This document shows positions 10,844 to 20,965 of a stretch of DNA of 64,000 nt, in pieces. The translations under genes were made by a program, and so were the position numbers. The notes under the pieces are model-generated. The model was given only the letters and a program-made list of their open reading frames with translations. It was not told where the DNA came from and ran no database searches. The DNA is from an uncultured virus (IMG/VR IMGVR_UViG_3300050035_000427) (Duplodnaviria; Heunggongvirae; Uroviricota; Caudoviricetes): IMG/VR virus record IMGVR_UViG_3300050035_000427, one strand, 5' to 3'. Position 1 is the first letter of the stretch. Each line of letters begins with the position of its first letter.

Positions 10844-11019
10844 GATTACTATGGCCTAAGTAGTCGATTGATACGGGCATTATCGCTAATTGCCTAAAAA
10901 ACTGGATTACAACCCCCATAAGTGTAGGATGGCTGCTGGTCATCTATAGATCTTGTCTTAGCTTGACTGATCTGGATGGCTGACAAATCAAAACCAGACT
11001 ATGTAGCTGAGATTCAACC

Positions 11020-11502
11020 ATGTTGAAACTTGACTATTACGGTCAGAACGATGGAACCACGGTTCCAAACGTCACCCTCACAGGTGACCCCGGTACTGAC
11101 CAGCTCACGTTGACCAATGCAGGTTACTTGGGCGGAAAGATCATGGCGGTCGTAGGCACTTACTCCGACGGCTCTGCTCTTATCGCTCCCTGCGATGGCA
11201 ACACCATGTCGCCCTATGGGACACTCATCAATGGCCCCGGTGAATTTGCCGGCGCTATCGGTCCCTCTGGCTCCAAGAAGGCCCCTGTCGTCCGCTCCAT
11301 GTGGAAGGGTTCGGTCGACAATCAGGCTTATGACACAACCAAGCAGTACGTGGTCGGCACTCCGCTGTACGCGGGTACTGGCGGCGCGGCTGGACTCTAC
11401 ACCAATGCAACACCTGGTGGAGTTGCCAAGATCGTTGGACTTGTCACAGCAGTCCCAACTCAGCAGAACTCTTTCCTGCTGGGCGTCGGATCACTGATCT
11501 AA
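11020..11502 (+). CDS. Head decoration/cement protein
   Basis: 160 aa Gly-rich beta protein directly upstream of the capsid gene; YVVGTPLYA...VGLVTAVP pattern. Confidence 0.65.
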   Translation: MLKLDYYGQNDGTTVPNVTLTGDPGTDQLTLTNAGYLGGKIMAVVGTYSDGSALIAPCDGNTMSPYGTLINGPGEFAGAIGPSGSKKAPVVRSMWKGSVDNQAYDTTKQYVVGTPLYAGTGGAAGLYTNATPGGVAKIVGLVTAVPTQQNSFLLGVGSLI

Positions 11503-11542
11503 CCCAACGCTGCTCTTAAAGAGAGAAATCGGAGAAATTCAA

Positions 11543-12676
11543 ATGGCTACTCTTTCGAGAACTCAGCAGCAGACAGCGCAGTTGGGTCAGTTGCTGAAAA
11601 CCGCAGGCGGACGTCAGAAGCTCGCAGCTTCTCTCGGACCCTCCCTGAGACGCCGCCGTGACTATATGTCGATTGCCCGCAAGGCACTCATGGTGGAAAC
11701 CCTTCCGGATGGCGCACTTCCCATCTACGACAAGGAATTTGACGCGACTGGTAAGTCGTTCGTCGAGGCCTTTGTGGTTGGTGAAGAAGGCGGCGACATT
11801 GTCCGGGTAACCAAGCCCATTCGTGTGACGGTTCCGACGTTCGAAATCGTTGCCAATCCCATGATCCCGATCACCCAGATCAAGGAACGTCGCTTCGACC
11901 TCGTTGCCCGTTCTCTCAATCTGGCCAAGGCAGAAGTGGGCGCGACTGAGGACGGCTATGTGTTTGGCCTGTTCGACGCCGTCGCAACCGCAGCCACAGC
12001 GGCGACCCTCGTTGCCGGCACTGGCTCGACGGACTACGTTTTCAACGAAGACCTCAACATCTTCGTGGCGACGTCCGGCATCACCACTCCTCCCGTTGCT
12101 TGGGTCAGCGGCGGACCCTTTGCTGTTGGTGCTTACACGACGGGTTCCGATGGAAACCTCTATGTTTGCATCAAGGCAGCAACCACACAGAACCCGGTAG
12201 TGGGCGGCGGCGGTTATGCAGCTGGCTACTGGCTGTTTGTCGGCACCGACACCTTCGCTGTCAAGGGAATTGACGTGGACTCGATGGCTGATGCATTTGG
12301 CCAGGTTCAGCGCCATGACCTTTCGGTGGCCTATGTGTTCTTCAACCCGCGCGACTATGTCGACCTGTTGAAGTGGACCGATGCGAACATCGACCGTGAG
12401 ACGCAGCGCAAGCTGTTGAAGACGGGCGTGATGGGATACCTCTGGGGCGCCACTCTGCTCCAGTCTCGTAAGATCAACTATGGTGAAGTGTACGTTCTGG
12501 CCGATGCCGAGTTCTTGGGCGTCATCCCCGAGCGTATTCCGCTCACGGTCATGTCAGCCGACCGTCCGGACCTCCGCCAGATCGGCTTCAGCATCTTCGA
12601 GAATTTGGGCTTCCTTGTTTTCAACCCGAGCGGAGTCCAGCGCATCAACGTAGTACGTGGCACCGGCAACGTTTAA
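11543..12676 (+). CDS. Major capsid protein (HK97 fold) with inserted CBM-like module
   Basis: RRRRDYMSIARKALMVETLPDGALPIYDKE, VPTFEIVANP, RRFDLVAR, QIGFSIFENLG; strong codon bias; ggag RBS. Confidence 0.85.
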   Translation: MATLSRTQQQTAQLGQLLKTAGGRQKLAASLGPSLRRRRDYMSIARKALMVETLPDGALPIYDKEFDATGKSFVEAFVVGEEGGDIVRVTKPIRVTVPTFEIVANPMIPITQIKERRFDLVARSLNLAKAEVGATEDGYVFGLFDAVATAATAATLVAGTGSTDYVFNEDLNIFVATSGITTPPVAWVSGGPFAVGAYTTGSDGNLYVCIKAATTQNPVVGGGGYAAGYWLFVGTDTFAVKGIDVDSMADAFGQVQRHDLSVAYVFFNPRDYVDLLKWTDANIDRETQRKLLKTGVMGYLWGATLLQSRKINYGEVYVLADAEFLGVIPERIPLTVMSADRPDLRQIGFSIFENLGFLVFNPSGVQRINVVRGTGNV

Positions 12677-12691
12677 CCATCACCTAACCAT

Positions 12692-12721
12692 CTAGAGCCT
12701 CTCTTAATCGGGAGGCTCTAG
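12692..12721 (+). terminator. Hairpin after capsid gene
   Basis: ctagagcctctc/gggaggctctag 12-bp stem. Confidence 0.65.
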
Positions 12722-12777
12722 CTGTCTTCAGAACAATAATTTCCCCTAATTGGCAAAACCTATAGTATCATGAATTC

Positions 12778-13911
12778 ATGAACAGCGTTATCAAACAAAG
12801 CCTCACTTCCATTCCTCACGATCCTGTCTGGGTCGACACCTACCTAGAATTCATTACCAACACTCCTACTCCCACAGAATCCTTCGACAAGCACCACATC
12901 CTGATGGAGAGCATCTTCCCTGACTTCCGCAGTCTCACCAAATTCCCCTGGAACATCAAGCGGCTTTCTTATGCTGATCATCTCATCGCTCACTATCTAC
13001 TTCGCAAGGCCATTCCTTGTGGAGCAACCAACGGAGCATTCCGCCTCATGGTGGGCCTCAGATTCGGCGAGCTACGTGCCAGCGGTTACGATCTTGAACT
13101 TCTTTCCGACATCGCAGCAGAATTTGAACTCATCCGTCGCATGAACGATTTTTCCATCAAGGGTTACATCAGAATCTATCGCGAAGACGACGTCACTGTC
13201 TGCAAACCTAGCCAACTCTCTAACTATGAAGCTGAAGGTTGGAGCTTAGTCTACCCCGAACAACAGTGGATTTACAAAGATGACGAAGAACGTCGTGTTC
13301 TGAAAACTGATCTTCCTCCTCTCCTCCTCGATGGTTGGGAATGCGGAAGATGCTATCGTGCTACTGATTCCACTAAACAGAAACTTTCCGATTGGAGTTT
13401 AGCCAAGCATAAACAAAGAACTGCAGAACCTAATGGTTATTCCTTCATACCTAAAGGAGATCAGCACCATCGTAGAGTCCTAGGCATTTCGGAAGAAACC
13501 AAGCAAAAGATCCGTGAAACTCTCATGGGGCGTACTCTAGCACCAGAGCATGCCGATAAGGTTCGTGTTGCTACAATTGGCAAATCCTGGACCTGGTCCT
13601 TGGAATCCAGAGCAGCCAAGTCCCAATCCATGACAGGAGAGGGCAACAATCGCTTTGGCAAGCCTGGTTACTGGAAAGACAAGACCAGACCTCAGTCAAC
13701 TCGTGACAAAATGTCCGCTTCTCAATCCGCTCGCACTGATAATGCCTTCTGGAAAGGTAAGGTCGGTCCACACAAAGACCATCTTCAATCTCAGAAATCT
13801 CGTGACCAGATAGCTCTCAAACTCACAGGTAGAATAGCTTCTGAAGAAACTCGTCGTAAGATGCGTGAGGCCCACGCTCTAAGAAAGAAACTATCAAATC
13901 CAGTAAAGTGA
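12778..13911 (+). CDS. HNH homing endonuclease with NUMOD3 repeats
   Basis: DKHHILM...NIKRLSYADHLIAHYLL; SEETKQKI and GEGNNRFGK repeats. Confidence 0.8.
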   Translation: MNSVIKQSLTSIPHDPVWVDTYLEFITNTPTPTESFDKHHILMESIFPDFRSLTKFPWNIKRLSYADHLIAHYLLRKAIPCGATNGAFRLMVGLRFGELRASGYDLELLSDIAAEFELIRRMNDFSIKGYIRIYREDDVTVCKPSQLSNYEAEGWSLVYPEQQWIYKDDEERRVLKTDLPPLLLDGWECGRCYRATDSTKQKLSDWSLAKHKQRTAEPNGYSFIPKGDQHHRRVLGISEETKQKIRETLMGRTLAPEHADKVRVATIGKSWTWSLESRAAKSQSMTGEGNNRFGKPGYWKDKTRPQSTRDKMSASQSARTDNAFWKGKVGPHKDHLQSQKSRDQIALKLTGRIASEETRRKMREAHALRKKLSNPVK

Positions 13912-13943
13912 GCAGTATTACTATCTCGAGGAGCACAAAATCA

Positions 13944-14486
13944 ATGGCTCAGAAATCCTACTTGGCAAAGAGACAGATCTACTTTTCAATTGGAGCAACT
14001 TATGTTCGCCCTGGTGACATCCTAACCTACGAAGAGAGTGTGTCAAGAATGACCATCTTCCGTGGTGGAGTCCTGGTCGGCTCAGTTCGTCAGACAGCGA
14101 CCGGAATCAAGAGTCTCCTAGCACAGAAAGTTCCTCTGATCGAAGAGATCAAGCCAACTCCGGTTGCTCCGGTTGTGGTGAAGGAAGAGCCCAAGGTTGA
14201 TCCCGCTGTGCCAGAAAGATACATTGGCCACGAGGCAGAGTACTTGGCGGACACACAACGGGCACAGACCATGGACCCAGTGGTTGTTCCTGTTCCTGTA
14301 GAGAAGCCGATTGTCCTGGCTGATCTGACCAAGGCCAAGATTGCGGCTCATGCCAAGACCTTTGGTCTGGAAATTGATCCGGAGGCTTACACTAAGATTG
14401 ATCTGATTGCTCGTGTGGAAAAGCACAAGGAGTCACTCAACAATCTGCCGACTATCGCCGATGATACGAGCCAAACCGACTCTTGA
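13944..14486 (+). CDS. Hypothetical virion-module protein
   Basis: gagga RBS; C-terminal LTKAKIAAHAKTFGLEID...TKIDLIARV resembles a short helical SAP/Rho-N-like motif. Confidence 0.55.
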   Translation: MAQKSYLAKRQIYFSIGATYVRPGDILTYEESVSRMTIFRGGVLVGSVRQTATGIKSLLAQKVPLIEEIKPTPVAPVVVKEEPKVDPAVPERYIGHEAEYLADTQRAQTMDPVVVPVPVEKPIVLADLTKAKIAAHAKTFGLEIDPEAYTKIDLIARVEKHKESLNNLPTIADDTSQTDS

Positions 14487-14512
14487 GTTCTTAAGAGAGG
14501 GCATTGTGCTCG

Positions 14513-17371
14513 ATGGCAACTGTTGACACCAACCTTGATTCCGCCATATTCACTGGCAACTCTCAGTTTGTTTTCAGTGGATCCAATCTGTATGTGGTAG
14601 GAAACACCACAACGACTGGAAGTCTGGATGTATTCCTTTCAACAGATTACGGATACACCTTTACAAACGTCGGTTCTGTGACCGTTGCTGGAGATACAAC
14701 CAAGGGATTTGATCCTGCTGTGTGCCTTGACTCCGGCGGGATTCTTCGCATCGTTGGAACTATCTATGGCTCAGGTGGTTCCACCTCCCTAGGGATCTAC
14801 TTCTTCAACATCAGCACACACACGTTTGCCAGCAACTCTCCATTCATAATTGTAGCGGGATCTCAGATTGGCCGCGACTACGATGTCGCGATGCTGCCTG
14901 ACTTGACGGTGATGGTCGTGTCCTCCTTGCTGAATCAGGGAGGTTTCTACGGAGAGACTGTGATGGCCTATTTCCTAAGTGCCAGCACTTCTTCTCCTGC
15001 AGTTTTGAGTTCGCATGAACTCACTTCAAGTCCATTCAGATCTGGAAACACTTTCGGAACTGTCTCGACTTTGGCAAATGCAACTGGAGTGGAAGTCTAT
15101 CTAGGATCTCACAACAAGGTTTTCACCTTCACTCCGTTCCCAGCATCCATCACTCTTTACAAATACACCCAGAGCACCACAACCTGGGCAACCAGCACCT
15201 TGACTACCATAATGTGTCAGTACATCGATGATAGAATGACCATCATTGGCGATGGCACAAAGCGGTATCTGAGTCAGTGTTTCTTCACTCAGACCAGGTA
15301 CAGTCTTGTTGGAAATGCCCTGCTGGGATACAGCGCGGATTCAGGAGCCACTTGGTCATGGGAATCCTATCTTGGAACAGGACTGCAATCAATCACTGAT
15401 CCTGTGATCAGTGTCGCGCCTGAAGGATTGCGTTTTTCTTATGTGGAGAAGAACTTCACTTCCACCAACACTGGCAATGTGATGAACGGAACGCTCCGTG
15501 TCAAGCTCCTGGGTGTCGCTCCTTGGTCCATCACGATTGATCCGACTTTCTACAATGTCATCACCACTTCACGTCTGAGAGGAACCAAGGACAAACTTCT
15601 TGCAGGAATGCTCTATGCCCTGATGGGAGAAACCACCTCTGGAGATGGTCAATTCTACACAGGATACAGCGTTCCACCAGTAGCTGCCATCGCTACTTCT
15701 ACGATTTCTCTTCCAAGAGGAAGCACTCTAGTTTTGGACGCATCTGCAAGCTACGATCTAAACGGAAGCCCTCTACGTTTCACCTGGTCCACCGACAACG
15801 CGGTTGTACATGTAACCCCGATTCCTGACATTACTGGAGCAGCGAATACAGCCGCCATCTTCACTCCAACGAATACAGCTGCTCCTCTTCAAACAGCCCA
15901 TGTGAGCGTGGTTGTAGAAGATCTCGATTTGAATGGCAATCCTATCCATCCCTGGGATCCAGTTCATCACACACCTGCAAGTGAATTGGCAACATGTACG
16001 GTCACGATTCCTCTTCTTCTGGCCCCGGTTATCGGATATCTGTCACCGTTCAATGTCTCTAGAGGAACAATTGTAAGGATCGCTCCAACAATCACTGACG
16101 ATGCTGTTGGAGTGACTCTCAGCTATGCTTGGACTCAGGTGTCTGGCACCACGATTGCTCTGAGTGACACAGATTTTCCATTCCTGAATGTTCTAACTCA
16201 GGCGGCTCTGCTAACAGGTGAAAGCCTGGTGTTCTCTCTATCTGTAAGTGATGGAATCAATCTTCCAGTTTTCAGAAATTTCACCATCAATGTCGCTGCT
16301 CATGCTTTTGCTGAGCCGGATACTTTCATCAGTAGAGGAGTCTGGAGCGGCAACATCGCCCAGCGTAACACAGCTGGTTCCTACCTCTCTGATGAGAGTT
16401 GCCTTGCATCTTCTCTGAACAATTACAAGAAGTACACCATGATTGATGGCACTGAAAGAACTCTGGTTGTCACGCCAACAGACATCATGGTGTTTAACTA
16501 CAGCGGTGCCACTGATACCACTCCACAGCAGGTGATTCTTCGCAGATTCTTTCCTCCTGGATTTCTGACAGTAGTTGACGGTGTTCAAACTGAAGACGAC
16601 TACACGATCATGTTGGCAAGTGACGGGAATCTCTACAAGTACACCACAGCCCCGGCCATCAACACTGACAACTATGATTCCATAATCTACTTGCCTTCTT
16701 TGACCTCCATGACCTTTAACAAGTTGCTGTGCACCTACAATTTCAACAACACTCGAGTTCTGGCACTCAGTGGACCTCAAGGATGCTACCTGCTCCAGAT
16801 CGACAATGCCTACTTTACCACGACCATTGGCATGGCAATTTCTCCTTCATCCAAGCTCCTGTTTGGAGGATCGAATGTAGTCTGGATTCGCACCAACAAC
16901 GTAGAGTCAACCATTCAGGGGAAGGTTCTGCTTGGAACTGTCCAAAATGGCAACACCTACGAAACTCTGATCGATTTGAGCAAGAGAATTATCCTTGGAA
17001 CATGGGAATCGGCCAATTTGAGCAACGCGATCGTAGACTCAGGGGAAATTCTTTTCAATGCAGAGTCGAGCTACATGGGATTCCCATCTCCTCCAGTTCT
17101 GGTTTCTGCGTTGGTTGGAACCATTTCGCATTTTATCGCTCCTGTGTGGATCACCTGGACACAGAATCGCCCAGACCTGATTTCACTGTACAACCTCTTT
17201 ACCTCGAATGATGGAGGAACTTCTTGGAGTGAAGCTCTCACAGTGACCAACGGCAACCAGTTGTCTGCTATTCTCCCAATGACTCAGGGTTACACCTACC
17301 AGCTTCGAATGCGAGCAATTAACACTGATGGAGTGAGTGGATGGTCAAATGTACTGTCCGTGTCCATCTAG
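14513..17371 (+). CDS. Large virion structural protein with PKD/Ig and FN3-like domains
   Basis: LDASASYDLNGSPLRFTWS and LSYAWTQVSG (PKD-like); YTYQLRMRAINTDGVSGWSN (FN3-like); SxDxGxTW repeats. Confidence 0.7.
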   Translation: MATVDTNLDSAIFTGNSQFVFSGSNLYVVGNTTTTGSLDVFLSTDYGYTFTNVGSVTVAGDTTKGFDPAVCLDSGGILRIVGTIYGSGGSTSLGIYFFNISTHTFASNSPFIIVAGSQIGRDYDVAMLPDLTVMVVSSLLNQGGFYGETVMAYFLSASTSSPAVLSSHELTSSPFRSGNTFGTVSTLANATGVEVYLGSHNKVFTFTPFPASITLYKYTQSTTTWATSTLTTIMCQYIDDRMTIIGDGTKRYLSQCFFTQTRYSLVGNALLGYSADSGATWSWESYLGTGLQSITDPVISVAPEGLRFSYVEKNFTSTNTGNVMNGTLRVKLLGVAPWSITIDPTFYNVITTSRLRGTKDKLLAGMLYALMGETTSGDGQFYTGYSVPPVAAIATSTISLPRGSTLVLDASASYDLNGSPLRFTWSTDNAVVHVTPIPDITGAANTAAIFTPTNTAAPLQTAHVSVVVEDLDLNGNPIHPWDPVHHTPASELATCTVTIPLLLAPVIGYLSPFNVSRGTIVRIAPTITDDAVGVTLSYAWTQVSGTTIALSDTDFPFLNVLTQAALLTGESLVFSLSVSDGINLPVFRNFTINVAAHAFAEPDTFISRGVWSGNIAQRNTAGSYLSDESCLASSLNNYKKYTMIDGTERTLVVTPTDIMVFNYSGATDTTPQQVILRRFFPPGFLTVVDGVQTEDDYTIMLASDGNLYKYTTAPAINTDNYDSIIYLPSLTSMTFNKLLCTYNFNNTRVLALSGPQGCYLLQIDNAYFTTTIGMAISPSSKLLFGGSNVVWIRTNNVESTIQGKVLLGTVQNGNTYETLIDLSKRIILGTWESANLSNAIVDSGEILFNAESSYMGFPSPPVLVSALVGTISHFIAPVWITWTQNRPDLISLYNLFTSNDGGTSWSEALTVTNGNQLSAILPMTQGYTYQLRMRAINTDGVSGWSNVLSVSI

Positions 17372-17385
17372 AGTATTAGAGGCCC

Positions 17386-18384
17386 ATGGGATTGCTAAAC
17401 AAGAGCGAGCTTCTCAAAACCCTGCGCGCAATTATGGGTTTCGATGTGAATGCTTCGCCCTTCGCGGCCTTGGAACTGAAATCCGATGAACCCTGTTTCT
17501 ATCGCAGTAGCCACACCGGCTTCATTCAATCCAAGAACTACGGATCTGGAAATCACACCCACATACTTCTTTCTCACCTGAGAGACTCTCTGCAGGTTCT
17601 CAAGGATGAAGCTGTTGAGCTTTCCTTGGACGGATCTGGGGTGTTGAAACTCTCGAGCACAGACAACGTCTACGAATCCGAGATTCGAGTTCACACAGTT
17701 CGTCCTGAACAGGCTGGACTGAAGACTCACAACATTGGCGACATCGTTCATCGGCTTCCTGCTCACGTATTCCAGGACTTTGATGCCAGACCGTTCATCT
17801 GTGCTGCCCAGCCAACTCTGATTGACGGAAGAATCATGATGCCTACTCAGTCAGGAATTGTCGTATGGCAGGGTCCACAAGATCTCATTCCTCTCTCGCT
17901 GTATCCAAGAGAGACCATGCTCAAGTTCATTTCGAGCTCTCAGAATTTGGAGAAGGTTGTGGTCTCTTCCAAAGGATACTGGGGTGCGGTGGCTGGAGGT
18001 CTGATCTCGTTTATTTCTGGACACACTACCGGAGACACCCTCTACAAGAGTTACAACGTCTCTGGAAAGCCTTTGGACACGTTGCCGGCTGAACGTCTAA
18101 TTGTGTCACTCGAAGCGGCGGCTGGTATGTGTGGAGACAACAAGATCGAGATCGACCCGTTGCTGGGTGTTGTAACCCGAGACACCACTGGGAACCAAAG
18201 CAGATTTGCCTTCGGTAGCCATCAGGGTTGGAGCAAGTTCGCGATCACTGGAAGAACGGCCAAGGTCATTGCTGACGCCTTGCGTCAGTCATCGGACACA
18301 GACACTGCTCTGGTCTATGTTCCCACCAATCAGTCTATGCGACTGGTTCGAGGTAATTGGCAAGTGAACTTCCGAACCTTCTGA
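17386..18384 (+). CDS. Putative sliding clamp (DnaN-like)
   Basis: 332 aa with alternating alpha/beta pattern starting xNKSELLKTL; DnaX-like loader in the same region; weak, fold-level inference. Confidence 0.4.
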   Translation: MGLLNKSELLKTLRAIMGFDVNASPFAALELKSDEPCFYRSSHTGFIQSKNYGSGNHTHILLSHLRDSLQVLKDEAVELSLDGSGVLKLSSTDNVYESEIRVHTVRPEQAGLKTHNIGDIVHRLPAHVFQDFDARPFICAAQPTLIDGRIMMPTQSGIVVWQGPQDLIPLSLYPRETMLKFISSSQNLEKVVVSSKGYWGAVAGGLISFISGHTTGDTLYKSYNVSGKPLDTLPAERLIVSLEAAAGMCGDNKIEIDPLLGVVTRDTTGNQSRFAFGSHQGWSKFAITGRTAKVIADALRQSSDTDTALVYVPTNQSMRLVRGNWQVNFRTF

Positions 18385-18404
18385 ATGACAGTATTATCAA
18401 TAAC

Positions 18405-19139
18405 ATGGACACTGTCTTGCTTACTCGTCTGGCCACTATAAGAGGTCGGCACAGTCATCTTGGAACTCAGATTCTCTTCGAGGACAGGAACATTGCTCGA
18501 CTCCATGGGAAGATTGAGCAACTTGAGAAGGACAAGATCGAACTGGTCAAGGTTCAGACTCTCATTGACCGAGCCATAACGACAATCAGCGCAAATGGGA
18601 TCGGGAAGATCGAGCAGGTTGTGACTGCTGGACTTCATCAAGTCTTCGGAAACAGAGGGAATCTGCGTTTCGTAGTTGAGAAGAAAGAGGGCAAACGCGG
18701 CAACATCTACAAGCTCAAGGTACAGAAGACTCGCAAAGATGGTCTCGTGATCCAAGGAGATGTCCTCAAGTCCTTCGGCGGCGGCCTGGCAAACGTCATC
18801 AGCTTTCTTCTCCGAGTCATGATGATCAAGAAGTTCCGCTTAACCCCATTTATAGTTCTGGATGAAAGTTTCTCAAACGTCAGTGCAAACTACTTGCCAC
18901 AGGTGAGTGCTATGCTAAAATCTCTCACGTCAAAACATGGATTTACAGTACTGCTTGTTACTCATCAGGCAAGAGTAGCTGAAGAGGCAGATGCTATTTA
19001 CCAAGCAGTTCCCAGTGATGACGAGAATGGTTCACCTCAACTTGTGAAGACAGAATTTTCGGAGGATCTTTTTGCTAATTTACCTTCTTCAGAATCTAGC
19101 CAACAAGAAATGTTACGTGGGTCAATGGAGGGGGAATAA
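18405..19139 (+). CDS. Rad50/SbcC-type ABC ATPase, C-terminal half only
   Basis: Coiled coil, signature-like SFGGG, Walker B FIVLDESF, H-loop LVTHQ; no Walker A. Confidence 0.75.
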   Translation: MDTVLLTRLATIRGRHSHLGTQILFEDRNIARLHGKIEQLEKDKIELVKVQTLIDRAITTISANGIGKIEQVVTAGLHQVFGNRGNLRFVVEKKEGKRGNIYKLKVQKTRKDGLVIQGDVLKSFGGGLANVISFLLRVMMIKKFRLTPFIVLDESFSNVSANYLPQVSAMLKSLTSKHGFTVLLVTHQARVAEEADAIYQAVPSDDENGSPQLVKTEFSEDLFANLPSSESSQQEMLRGSMEGE

Positions 19140-19698
19140 TCTTCGTCACAGATGGAGTATGCATCTGCGAGATGCCTTCAAGTACAAAATAGATACACGG
19201 TTGGCTCGTGCAATCAGAAAATACGGTGAAGAATCCTTCACTCTCGAGATTCTCTCTTCTGCTTCATCTCCAGAAGAACTCAATAAGTTAGAAACCTTGT
19301 GGATTGTGGTTCTGAATAGCATCAATCCAGAATTTGGGTATAACATGACTTTTGGAGGAGATTCGAGAACTCCTGATGAAGAAACTCGAAGGAAAATTGG
19401 TGATAGCAATCGAGGACAAAAACGAGGTCCGGAAGCTCTGGCTAATCTATCCAGATGCAAGCAAGGTTCAAAACACCCTATGTTTGGAAAACATCATTCC
19501 CTGATTACTAGGAATCAGATGGCAAAATCTCACTCTGGAGTGCCTAAAGGAACTCCCAGTGAAGAGACAAAAGCAAGTATCAGTAGATCGTGCCAGGGAA
19601 GAATTCCTTGGAATAAGGGGAAGAGCGATGCTCGATACAACGCTACTCCGAAGGCTGAAGCCGAAGCCATTGGAAGAGATAATTTCGAGGCTGAATGA
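19072..19698 (+). CDS. GIY-YIG homing endonuclease (NUMOD3)
   Basis: IYLLQNLANKKCYVGQ...AIRKYG...GYNMTFGG; HPMFGKHHS. Confidence 0.8.
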   Translation: MLIYLLQNLANKKCYVGQWRGNNLRHRWSMHLRDAFKYKIDTRLARAIRKYGEESFTLEILSSASSPEELNKLETLWIVVLNSINPEFGYNMTFGGDSRTPDEETRRKIGDSNRGQKRGPEALANLSRCKQGSKHPMFGKHHSLITRNQMAKSHSGVPKGTPSEETKASISRSCQGRIPWNKGKSDARYNATPKAEAEAIGRDNFEAE

Positions 19699-20002
19699 GT
19701 TAGTTCATCGCCATTGCAGGAAATACCTCAAGAGAAATCTCAAACCTTGCCCTTACAACTGCAAATTGGCCAAGTGGAACGGACCCCGGCTTATTTGCTG
19801 TGAGGGTCGTAACAGCCTAGACCCAGAGAAATGCTTCAGACCAGAGAAGTTCGTGCCGATATTCACCAAGGCCGAACTGTATGAGCAATTCAAGAGTGAT
19901 CTTCGAGATCCGGAGACCTTGGTTCGCGAATACCGAGATCTGGCGATTCTTTTTTGGTGCGTGGGCGCTGACGGAGACATCATAGAGGAAACGAAGAAAT
20001 GA
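19628..20002 (+). CDS. Hypothetical Cys-containing protein
   Basis: Coupled ORF in operon orientation. Confidence 0.5.
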   Translation: MLDTTLLRRLKPKPLEEIISRLNELVHRHCRKYLKRNLKPCPYNCKLAKWNGPRLICCEGRNSLDPEKCFRPEKFVPIFTKAELYEQFKSDLRDPETLVREYRDLAILFWCVGADGDIIEETKK

Positions 20003-20169
20003 CAGAACCTGCTCAGTTTACCGATATCGACGGATTGGAGCACCGGCGTTCTTCAGCGGCCCATCATCACCTTTAGGCGGCACAGGCCAATATTTAGGAC
20101 AAGCAGAGTTATCTCTACATGGATAACCCCACAATGGACATCCTTTACAGTGCTCTGGACAGAGTTTAG
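19999..20169 (+). pseudogene. Small gene with two in-frame TAGs; repaired by inverting 20041-20098
   Basis: Inversion gives the open frame MTEPAQFTDIDGLEPKYWPVPPKGDDGPLKNAGDKQSYLYMDNPTMDILYSALDRV*. Confidence 0.45.
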
Positions 20170-20435
20170 TGAGGTAGATGGAAATATCCAAGGATCAAAG
20201 CTCCAACCACGGTTCCCACCACTCCAATAACCATCACCAGAGTAGCTCCGGAAATCCAGATTAGAGCCGTGACTGGTGTTTCTAGTTTGGTGACCCTAGA
20301 CACAAGAGATTCTCCATTTCCTTCGTACACAACCCGACGTAGAGTTTTCACATCCTCAGCGATATCTTGCACAAACTGGCAAGGTACCATGCACTTCTCA
20401 GCTATGTTAATGTTCCCGATGCCAAGTTCACTCAT
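20166..20435 (-). CDS. Small membrane protein (holin/XhlA-like)
   Basis: Coiled coil plus GNGESLVSRVTKLE, then a C-terminal transmembrane helix. Confidence 0.5.
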   Translation of the reverse strand: MSELGIGNINIAEKCMVPCQFVQDIAEDVKTLRRVVYEGNGESLVSRVTKLETPVTALIWISGATLVMVIGVVGTVVGALILGYFHLPH

Positions 20436-20578
20436 TGTGTACGATTCTCTCTGATTGAGCCGTTGAACTGAATATCTGGCCCTATCTATAGTCTATAGAG
20501 GAGGGCAAAGTTGAAGAATACCCGATTATTAAATTCATAGAGTAGAGAGTCCAAGACTACTGATCCCGAGGCAAAGAC

Positions 20579-20965
20579 GTGAAAGCAACAAGGGATGATT
20601 ACCGCGCATTTTTCGATTATCTTGATTGTCCAGAATCTAAGACAACGGAGACAGGCTGCTCTCATGAAGATGCAGTAGTCCTATCTCAGTTTTCTGATTT
20701 CTCTGTGCCTTCTAGGATCTCAACTATTCGTAGACGAAGCATTAGTCCACAGGCTGGAAAGGCACTATCTATCCTTGGTCATGCCATCGAGTACTTATCA
20801 GACGAATTCATACATGACTACGATGGAGTCACACAAGTAGGTATGAGTGCACAGATCAGAGCAATTCAGATACTGATGGCCGCTAACCGTCAGGTCTATT
20901 TTGAATGCCCAGAAATGCCAACAGTGATGGAAAGGATACGGAGAGTACTTCATGGGATCAGGTAA
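20579..20965 (+). CDS. Conserved hypothetical protein of Acidobacteria type
   Basis: RRxISPQAGxALxILGHAIEYLxDE...AIQILMAANRQVYFECP resembles a family I recall from Acidobacteriaceae (not searched). Confidence 0.6.
   Translation: MKATRDDYRAFFDYLDCPESKTTETGCSHEDAVVLSQFSDFSVPSRISTIRRRSISPQAGKALSILGHAIEYLSDEFIHDYDGVTQVGMSAQIRAIQILMAANRQVYFECPEMPTVMERIRRVLHGIR

Noticed and set aside
11516..12316. Long antisense ORFs over strongly biased genes (also 2303-2905, 57327-58139)
   Set aside because: Typical shadows of codon bias with no recognisable motifs
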